From a candidate division WS6 bacterium GW2011_GWF2_39_15 (GTDB lineage Bacteria > Patescibacteriota > Dojkabacteria > SC72): a stretch of DNA of 64,000 bases. Position numbers and translations under genes: made by a program. Shown in pieces: positions 17,871-27,400 of this stretch; the first letter of the stretch is position 1, and each line of letters begins with the position of its first letter. The notes under the pieces are model-generated. The model was not told the DNA's origin and did no database searches. It saw only the letters and a list, made by a program, of their open reading frames with translations. Where the stretch lies: NCBI GenBank assembly GCA_000993565.1, contig LBWK01000001.1, forward strand, positions 198,409 through 262,408. The letters run 5' to 3'.

Positions 17871-19889
17871 ATGCTATTCAAACTTAGCGATACGGTAGAT
17901 CAACTCCCACTGGTTGGAGGTGTAAAAGCAAAACAGCTTGAAAAGCTTGGAATTAACACAATTAAAGATCTTCTTTTTCATATCCCATTCAGATATAAAG
18001 ACACTTCCAATATAATTTCAATTCCCCAGATAAAACTTGAACGTGAAGGGACGGTTCTTGCAACAATCAAAGCTATACAAAATATATATACACGATCACG
18101 AAAAGTCCTGACAAAGGCTATGATTGAAGATGAGATGTCAGAAATCGAAACAGTATGGTTCAACCAACCATACCTGACCAAATCACTTAAAGTCGGAGAT
18201 CGGTATCTTTTTGAAGGCAGGCTTAATCCCAAACAAACCCGCCCGCAGTTGGTAAGTCCAACATATGAAAAATACTACGATGGACTACTTTCTCAAAAAC
18301 ACGTAGGAAGGATTACACCCTTTTATCCTGAGACTGCAAACCTAACATCAAAGTGGCTCAGAAATCGAATAGACTATCTCTTTCAAAATACAGACCTGAC
18401 ATTAGAGGAGCCGCTTCCACAAAATATTTCTCAAGATTCGAAACTGATCCCTGTATCAGAAGCTATTAACCTAATACACAACCCCAAAAGTTTAGAAGAT
18501 ATTACTCAGGCACGTGCCAGGCTTGGGTTCGATGAGATGCTGGCACTAGCACTTCAGATTGAAAGCCAGGTCCAAGCTCAGGAGGGAAAAAAGGCCAATA
18601 TAATTGACATAGATTTTGATACTCTCTTCGAGTTTATAAGCTCACTACCTTATACCCTCACAGATGATCAAGTTCATGCGATTAAAGATATCCTACAGGA
18701 TCTATCAAAACCAAATCCTATGAGGAGGCTGCTTAATGGTGATGTAGGCAGCGGTAAAACAGTTGTCGCAGCCGCCGTAATGTATGGGATAAATAAAAGG
18801 GGATACCCATCAATCTTGATGGCTCCCACTTCAATCCTCGCCAGACAGCACTTCAAGACGATAACAGAACTCCTCTCCGGATTGGATATCGACATTCAGC
18901 TCTGTACAAGCCTAGAAAAGATAGAACAAAGAAAGAAACCGCAGATAATAATCGGCACGCATGCACTTCTATACCAGGCAGAACTTCCAGATAATATAGG
19001 GCTGGTAGTCGTGGACGAGCAGCACAGATTTGGTGTGAACCAGAGAAAAGAGCTTTTAGAAAGGGATACCAACTCCCTTATCCCACACTATTTAAGCATG
19101 ACAGCAACACCGATACCAAGAACTCTAACCAACATATTATTCGGAGATATGTCGGTCTCTTTTATCCACGAACTACCCAAAAATCGTATTCCTGTCAAAA
19201 CTTTCTATGTCCCGTATGAAAAAAGAGAATCCTGCTACAGCTGGTTAAAAGAAAGGATCATTAAGTCTGGATACAAAGAACAGGCCTTTATTATCTTCCC
19301 TCTGGTAGATGAATCGGAGCTGGTTGAAGCCAAATCTGCAAAAAAAGAGTTTGAAACTCTAACATCAACTGTACTTAAAGACATGAAAGTCGCTCTGCTT
19401 CATGGGCAGATGAAAGAGAAAGAAAAGGATGAGATCTTGAAAGACTTTAAAGCAGGAAAGTACTCGATACTAATAGCAACTCCAGTTGTTGAAGTAGGGA
19501 TAGATATACCCAATGCCACAATCATGGTAATCGAGAACTCTGAAAGATTTGGCTTGGCACAGCTCCATCAATTCAGGGGAAGAGTGGGGCGAAACGATAT
19601 GGAATCATACTGCTACGTTCTTGCCGGAGAGCAGGTTGAACAAGACTCGGAGACAATTCAAAGACTCCAGTACTTTAGTGAGCACAATTCCGGATTTGAT
19701 GTCGCAGAATATGACCTTCAAAAGCGAGGACCCGGAGAAGTCTTCGGAGTTAAACAGTCCGGAATCCCGCAATTCAAAATAGCATCTATAACCGATATCA
19801 AACTGCTTCTAAAGTGCAGAGAGGTCGCAAAAAAGCTTATTAACTCAGGATATAATACAGAGGAAATTAGTGATAAACTATTCAGATGA
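17871..19889 (+). CDS. recG: ATP-dependent DNA helicase RecG
   Basis: Wedge domain, Walker A GDVGSGKT, DEQH box (VVVDEQHRFG), helicase C motifs. Confidence 0.9.
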   Translation: MLFKLSDTVDQLPLVGGVKAKQLEKLGINTIKDLLFHIPFRYKDTSNIISIPQIKLEREGTVLATIKAIQNIYTRSRKVLTKAMIEDEMSEIETVWFNQPYLTKSLKVGDRYLFEGRLNPKQTRPQLVSPTYEKYYDGLLSQKHVGRITPFYPETANLTSKWLRNRIDYLFQNTDLTLEEPLPQNISQDSKLIPVSEAINLIHNPKSLEDITQARARLGFDEMLALALQIESQVQAQEGKKANIIDIDFDTLFEFISSLPYTLTDDQVHAIKDILQDLSKPNPMRRLLNGDVGSGKTVVAAAVMYGINKRGYPSILMAPTSILARQHFKTITELLSGLDIDIQLCTSLEKIEQRKKPQIIIGTHALLYQAELPDNIGLVVVDEQHRFGVNQRKELLERDTNSLIPHYLSMTATPIPRTLTNILFGDMSVSFIHELPKNRIPVKTFYVPYEKRESCYSWLKERIIKSGYKEQAFIIFPLVDESELVEAKSAKKEFETLTSTVLKDMKVALLHGQMKEKEKDEILKDFKAGKYSILIATPVVEVGIDIPNATIMVIENSERFGLAQLHQFRGRVGRNDMESYCYVLAGEQVEQDSETIQRLQYFSEHNSGFDVAEYDLQKRGPGEVFGVKQSGIPQFKIASITDIKLLLKCREVAKKLINSGYNTEEISDKLFR

Positions 19890-20341
19890 AAATATACGTC
19901 ATTCTAGACAACATAAGATCTGCGTACAATGTAGGAAGTATATTCAGAACGGCAGACGGGGCGGGTGATTGTGAGATCCTTTTATGCGGCATATCACCTA
20001 CACCTGAACATATCAAAGTCTTCAAAACGGCACTGGGATCTACTAACTCAGTTCCCTGGAAATACTTCAAAACAACCCAAGAGGCCGTACAATTTATCAA
20101 AGATAAAAAAGTTCCTCTATACAGTATTGAACTAACTGATAGAGCTAAGGTATATCATCAACTCACCTTTCCGCAAGACCTTGCTATAGTACTTGGCCAC
20201 GAAACGGAAGGAGTTAACCGACATATTTTAGAACAGAGTAATGAACATATCTTTGTACCAATGAATGGAAAGAAAGAGTCCTTGAATGTTGCTACCGTAG
20301 CAGGTATTGTTATATACGAAATAGTTAAAAACAAAAAATAA
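19886..20341 (+). CDS. SpoU/TrmH-family RNA 2'-O-methyltransferase (TrmL-like)
   Basis: SAYNVGSIFRTADGAG N-terminal motif, SPOUT knot motifs; ATGA overlap with recG. Confidence 0.75.
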   Translation: MKIYVILDNIRSAYNVGSIFRTADGAGDCEILLCGISPTPEHIKVFKTALGSTNSVPWKYFKTTQEAVQFIKDKKVPLYSIELTDRAKVYHQLTFPQDLAIVLGHETEGVNRHILEQSNEHIFVPMNGKKESLNVATVAGIVIYEIVKNKK

Positions 20342-20342
20342 A

Positions 20343-21398
20343 ATGGTAGAGATTAGAGAAGTTACTAATCAACAAGAATGGGATAATGTAGCCAAATCAG
20401 TTACACCCACTTCTGTTCTGCAATCCTGGCACTGGGGGGATTTTCAAGAATCATTGGGCAGAAAAGTCTGGAAATTAGGAATTTACGACAATGATATTCT
20501 GACTGGTGTAGCTCTGACTCAAAAAATTCCAACCCGTCTTAGAACACATTTATACGTCTCAAACGGTCCTGCTATATTGCGCCAGGACATGCTGAAATAC
20601 TTTCCTTCCTTTATAGATTATCTCAAAAAGCTTGGCACAGAGGAAAATGTTGAGTTTATCAGAATGGACCCGGTCTACGAAGACAGTCAAGAGCTGTACA
20701 ATGAGTTGAAGTCATTGAAACTGGTTCGGGCCAAAACATTTACTCAATCAGAGAACAAGTGGCTGCTCGATGTCACTCAGGATGAGGAGTCCATTCTTGC
20801 TAACATGGAAAAAAGCACCAGGTACGAAATAAGGAGATCAGCAAAAGAAGGTGTCGTAGTATACTCATCAACCGATTTAAAAGACTACGATAAGTTTGAA
20901 AAGCTCTTTTTAGAGACTGCAAAGCGCCAGAACTTTATAACTCACCCGCTTGAGTATTACAAAAAGCAATTTGAAATACTGACAAAGTACGATATGTACA
21001 AAATCTTCTGGGCGGAAAAGGATGGTCACATCTTAGCTGCAGCCCTGATTTCCTTCTTTGGAGACTCGGCTTCATATCTGCATGCAGCAAGTGAAAGCAA
21101 TAGAGAGGTAAATAAGCTGTTTGCCCCACCTGCCGTAGTATGGGCCGCCATAAGGGAGGCAAAGTTACGCGGAATGAAGTATTTCGACTTCTGGGGTATT
21201 GCACTTACTGACGATCCCAAACATCCATGGGCGGGATTTACCAGATTCAAAAAGGGCTTTGGAGGATTTCTATATCGAATAGTCCGAGCTCATGATATAC
21301 CACTCTCACCTAAATATCCGTTAATTGCCCTCCTGGATGCGACAAGGGATCATTGGGGACTGGCATATTCAAAGCTACTTAAGGTATTGAAAAAATAG
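20343..21398 (+). CDS. FemAB/FemX-family peptidoglycan branch aminoacyltransferase
   Basis: Size and N-terminus (WHWGDFQE...) fit FemX; the C-terminal block aligns to Weissella FemX (…IFWAEKDGHILAAALISFFGDSASYLHAAS…YFDFWGI). Confidence 0.75.
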   Translation: MVEIREVTNQQEWDNVAKSVTPTSVLQSWHWGDFQESLGRKVWKLGIYDNDILTGVALTQKIPTRLRTHLYVSNGPAILRQDMLKYFPSFIDYLKKLGTEENVEFIRMDPVYEDSQELYNELKSLKLVRAKTFTQSENKWLLDVTQDEESILANMEKSTRYEIRRSAKEGVVVYSSTDLKDYDKFEKLFLETAKRQNFITHPLEYYKKQFEILTKYDMYKIFWAEKDGHILAAALISFFGDSASYLHAASESNREVNKLFAPPAVVWAAIREAKLRGMKYFDFWGIALTDDPKHPWAGFTRFKKGFGGFLYRIVRAHDIPLSPKYPLIALLDATRDHWGLAYSKLLKVLKK

Positions 21399-21412
21399 CT
21401 CAAAATTATATT

Positions 21413-21439
21413 TTGACAACATTTTCTCCTCCCTATAAT
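21413..21439 (+). promoter_or_regulatory. Consensus promoter TTGACA, 15 nt, TATAAT, ending 7 nt before the ATG of the giant gene (predicts a leaderless transcript)
   Basis: Read directly. Confidence 0.45.
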
Positions 21440-21446
21440 ATGTACA

Positions 21447-24400
21447 ATGATGGAGGATAATCTGCTCAAAAAGAAACAATTTAAGAGTGCTCTCATTAAA
21501 CTGTTCTTTGCACTACTAGTTCTTATACCCATCCTCACTTATTCGCTTTATACAGCGTATACAAATCCTAAACCGAGAATTGTAACAACACCCGAATCCT
21601 CTAATTATATGTTTGAAGCTCAAAATAGCGTATACAAAGCAAAATTGGGGCAGAAGGGCACTGGGATTCCAATCATCCAATTTCAAACAAACAAAGGGAA
21701 ATCAATTGAATTTGCATATGTATCCGAATCACAAAGCGGACAGATTCAGACTGAAACAAAAAATAGATCAATCCTCTTTAATAATGTAGAACAAATGATC
21801 GACCTTGAATATATAATGCTTGAAAACGGTGTCAAAGAAAATATTATTCTTAGAGAAAAGGTAGATAAAACCACTTTCTATTTCAAGACAAATACTCATG
21901 ATTTAGTTATAAAAAAACACTACACCGAAGCAGCACCATCCTTTTACGATGAGAATGGATCATATCTTTTTAACATTGAAAAAGGGTATGCAGTTGATGC
22001 CTTAGGTAAGAGAACTGAAAATGTACAGATAGATTTGGTAAAGGATCCTGACGGACAGCCATATATACGAGTGCGTATAGATCCAAAGTGGCTGAATAGT
22101 CCCTCAAGAAGATACCCAGTAAGGATAGATCCAACCTTGGTGCATGACACAACCTCGGAGTTCTCGGAAGGTCAATTCAATCGCATCAAAGATACTGGCT
22201 CCGGATCTTCACCTATACTCCAAACATACTACCAGCCACCGAACTCCGACCTTTCAACAGTAGGTCTCTGGCATTTTGACGAGCCTTCAGGGAATGTTCT
22301 TGATTCATCCGGATATAGTCAGACGGGTACTCCGACTGGGACAACTGTCGACACCAGCAGCATATTGGGAAACGCCAGAATATTCAACGGAACATCAGAC
22401 TATATAACAGTAAATGATACATCCGAACTTAGAGCCGTTGGAGCCATAACGATCGAAGTCTGGATTAAGTCAACAGGATCAAATGACTACTCGGGAATTG
22501 TCTATAAGCGTGTAGGCAATAATGGATATCAAATGGGTTTAAACACCAATGGAGGAGTCCGTGCGGATCTCTATAATGGCTCAACTTGGGCAACAGTAAC
22601 CAATTCCACAAATGTAGAGGATGGGCAGTGGCATCATGTAGCAACAACCTACGATGGAATAAGTGCCCTTATCTACGTAGACGGGAAACCTGGAAACCCA
22701 CTCCAGGCGACATCGTATGTGACATCAAGTGCCGCAAACCTGCTCATAGGAAACGACTCTGGAGCGGCTAACAGATTTTTTAACGGAGAAATAGATGAAG
22801 TAAGAATAAGTAATAGGGCACGATCAGCAGAGGAAATAAAACTAGATGCTCAAAAAAGGCCCTATTCTACATTCACATCCAATGTCCTAGATCTGGCTGA
22901 TGTTATAAGCTGGAACTCACTAAGCTGGAGTGAACTTGGAGTAAATACTGGAGGAGGAGAAACCCTAAAAGACTCCTCAAATGTAGTTGCTCATTGGAAG
23001 TTAAACGAAACCTCAGGAACAAGTGCAAATAATGATGCAGAAGGGACTAGTTGTGGCGGGACTCCAGGTAACTGTGATGGAACTCTAATAGGGGTTGACT
23101 CTACAACAAGTCAGGATAGTGACTTAGACTCAAGCTGGACTGCCAATAACCGCAGATGGGGAGAGGGGGCACTTCAACTTGATGGTGTAAATAGTTACGT
23201 TGAAGTAGCCGATAATAACGCGATCAGTTTTGGCAACGGAGTAACAGACACTCCATTTAGCATCTGTTCATGGATTAACCCTATCAGTGCGACCAGTTTT
23301 ATAATCGCCGCAAAACAAAGTGTAACAGCAGACATTCGCGAATTCACTTTTTCATTACGAGCTGAAGAAGATCTCTCGCTAATCCTTTTTGATGATAACG
23401 GGGCAAACCAGATAGAGAAAGTAAGCAATATAAAATTCGCTCAGGATGAAGGCCAGTGGGTTTACGTCTGTAGCACATATGACGGAAGCGGAAGCGTGAA
23501 TGGAATCAAACTTTATAGAAACGGAATTCAGCTTCAAACATTCAGTGATAATGCAGGCACGTATACAGCAATGAGCAATACCGCTCAGAAACTATTTTTA
23601 GGATGGAACGGTACCGGTGGAACAACATATGCAAAAGGCATGATGGATTCGACGTACATGTACCAACGAGAACTATCAGCATCAGAAATCCTGTCAAACT
23701 ACAATACGGGGAATATTAATATTCAAACAAGAGTAGGGACTGATAGCACACAAGATGACGGTTCATGGGAAGAATGGAAACCTAATAGTAGTGAAACGGC
23801 CATAGAATCAATGGACCTTTCCAGTAAATGGAGTGTTCCAAATACTAATGAAAACATACTTTTGAACGACTCGAACGAGGCGGACGTCGGAGACGGTGCC
23901 GATGGGGCACTAAGCCCGAGTGGCACATTTAACCTTAACACATCTACATCCGGGAGTAGAACATATGCTGATGGAATAGCTTATCAGATAGCTTCTAATC
24001 CGACCGGCAATTCAATAGTCACAGTTGATACACCCAACGGGATAGCTGCTGGCGACGAAATTCTCCTTATAAACCTAAGAGGATCTACAACTGACTTCCG
24101 TGATGCCGGCAATTACGAGTTTCTAGAAGTCCAAAGTGTCAACTCCGGCACAAAAACAATAACTACCACAAACCCTATACAGAAACCATACGGTGGAAAC
24201 ACCTTTTCAAACCAAAAGGTCGCTATACAAAGAGTTCCAAATTACACAAGTGTAACACTGGATTCAACAGACTCAATTACGTCATCTGCTTGGGATGCTT
24301 TTGCAACTACTCCTACCGGGTCAGCAGGATACCAAACAGGAATTGTTGCTTTTAGAGCGAATGGCACTGTGACAATAGGAACCGGAACAACCATTAGTAC

Positions 24401-27400
24401 CAACTATTTGGGATATCTGGGTGGTAATACTACAACAATAGGCGGTAAAGGTGGAGAGGCATATTGTGGAGATGGAGGAGCAGGTTCAAACACAGAGGGT
24501 GTCCCAGGAAGTGCAGGCGCAGCAGGTGGCGGTGGATACGGAGGAACAGGTGTTCTCAATCCTACAGGAAATGCAGGAGGGGCAGGTTCATGCGGTGGTG
24601 GTGGTGGTGGTGGACGAGGAGGAAATGCGGGAAGTGGAAGTACAACTCGCGGTGGTGCGGGTGGTGGTGGTGGATACAAAGATAATGCGGCAGGACAAAC
24701 TGGAGCTGGAGGAGGAGCAGGATATGGAAATCCTGGAACAGGTGGTGGTGGATATGGAGCGAGTGGGGGAACAGGTGGATTTGATGTCAGCGGAAATGGT
24801 GGTACAGATGGCGGTGGAGGAGGTGGTGGTGGTACTTATGGAGATTATCAACTTAATAGAATATATCTAGGGGCAGGGGGAGGCATGGGAGGAAGCAATG
24901 GAGGAACAGGCTCCGGGGTTGGAGGGAAGGGTGGAGGGATTATTTTTATTTCTGCAAACACTTTGACCAATAGCGGTTCGATAACCTCAAATGGACAAAA
25001 CGGATCAAATGGGTCTACAAGCTTTAAAGCTCCGGGTGGTGGTGGAGCAGGAGGAAGTATATTTATACGAGCAATGTCAGTTACTTTAGGAACCAATGGA
25101 GCTACCGCAGCTGGAGGATCTGGAGGAACACTATATGAAAGGGTGGCTGGTAACGGTGGGAAAGGGAGAATTAAACTGGTAGCACAAAGCCTTACAGGGA
25201 CATCCGATCCTCAAGCAACAATAAACCAAATTTCATCCTCTAATGTCAAACAGGAAGGATCTAGTTCAATAAGCATAAAGAGCGGACAATTGAACGTAGA
25301 TAGTTTTACAACCTCACTTTGGCATCTTGATGAGACAGGAGGGAATGGAGCATACTTAAAAGACTCAACAAACAACTCTAATCACCTTACTCCGACAGGT
25401 ACAGTCCCCGAAAAAGGGATCTCACAAAAGTCCAGGGATCTCAACGGGACAAGTGACTTCATGTCTATAAGTTCACCAACAGGATTACCATCAGGATCAT
25501 CTGCAAGAACCATTGAACTTTGGGTAAAACCTGACAATACAAACCCTGGCGGTGCTCTTGTACACTGGGGTGATGGAACAGGTGGAGGGCAGGAATTTGC
25601 TCTGCAATTAGGAACCATATCTGGCACCTGTTACCTTTTTTCTGATGGAATCAACGGAACAAACAATATAACAATCTCAGGGGCAGAAATCCCCGCAAAC
25701 GGCAGGTGGTCGCATATCGCTTTTACGAAGGACTTGGGAAGCAACTGGAAATACTATTTGAATGGCACCTTAACTAAAAGTGGATCATTTGCGGTAACTA
25801 TAAATACTTCAACTCCTAATATCCTTAACATTGGAGAAAGAACCGATGTCGCTTCAAATAACTTCCCGGGCTTAATGGACGAGATAAGAATCTCAAATAT
25901 TGAGAGAACCGCCAGGGAAGTTGCAGAAGATTACAGGGCAGGTAGAGATCATTATTTAAATTTAAATTTGAATAGTGCTAACCTGAACACTCAAAGCACA
26001 CTTCCATTCTATATTGCAGCTGATAAACCTGGAACATATCTTGAAAGCATTGTGGGGGAATCTGCCTATGCAAATAATCTAACAGACGGAAACACATTAG
26101 GTTTGTGGCACCTTGAAGAACAAAGTGGAGCGGGAGCTTTTCTAAAAGACAGTAGTGGCAATGAAAATAATGGGACACCGACATCTTTAACAATGGCTAC
26201 AGGGAAAATCGGAAAAGCAAGAAGCTTTGTCGCAGGAACAAATTACATTAATTTAGGAAGTCCATCAGCCTACGGCGGCCTTACCGCATTCACAATTGAG
26301 GCCTGGATCTACCCAACTTCTGTCTCAGGTCAACACAGGATATTTGACCGCGGCTCCTCAGGCAGTCCAAATGTCCTCCTTTTATACCAGGAAAGCGCCG
26401 CAATCAGGCTTCTCGTAAATAATACGGATTTAGTAACCACTTCAGACGTTTTAACAGTTAATCAGTGGTACCATGTAGTGGCAGTATACACCGGCTCTGG
26501 AGGAGAAAAGGCTATTTACGTAAATGGTGTGAAAGTCGCTACAGGGACATCGACCCAAAGTTCAGTAACAGCTGGAAGCCTGGCTACATGGATAGGATGT
26601 CCATCGTGGGGAACATGTTCTACATACGTTTTCAACGGTATTATTGACGAAGTCAGACTTAGTAATGTTGCACGCAGCTCAGAATCTATAAGACAAGCTT
26701 ATGAAATAAATCGCAGATCACATAATATCACAATAGATTTTGGTGCGGCATTGCACTTCAGTAATCTTATAACGAGTAGCAGCGATACCTCCTTTACCAT
26801 TGATGCCACATACTATGGACTTCAGAATAAAGGATCAAACCTCTACCTGGGAGATAAAATAATTGTTCAGGAAAATTACGACGGAACAGTTTATACGGCA
26901 CAAGGAACAGTGAGCTCAGTGAATACTTCCACAGGGGCCGTGCTTGTCTCAGGGTGGGAAAATGGCAGTACTTTTCCTCCAACCGCAGGTTTTTCTTCAA
27001 ATGCCTCAGTATTTAAATGGCAGAGAGAATACTGGCCGCTACAGAATGTATCTCAGGATTCACACATAGATACTACTTCTGTCTTTACATTAAGATTTAC
27101 AGACGGAAGCGAAGGAAGAAATGTCTGGATCGACGATCTCAAATCTAGCGGAGAATACCTAACAACACCAACAGGATCGGCAATAGCGTCCTCAGTCGAG
27201 AATAGGTACATACAATACAAAGCTCTTTTAATTTCGGGTGATTATAACACTTCACCCTCACTAAGCACCGTTGAATTAGACTGGGACTCAAACAGTCTGC
27301 CCGGAGTTCCAACTCTAGATACGCCAACCAATCTTTCTGTCGGAAATATTCTTAAACCAGCACTTAAAACAACTGCGACAGATGCAGATTTAGATTATTT

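Noticed and set aside
24404-24870. Several overlapping ORFs (Pro-rich 24404-24679 minus, Arg/Trp-rich 24464-24685 plus, Val/Glu-rich 24451-24870 plus, Ser/Thr-rich 24588-24851 minus)
   Set aside because: All are frame shadows of the GGN-codon glycine-rich tract inside the giant gene; their extreme low-complexity composition mirrors the Gly codons
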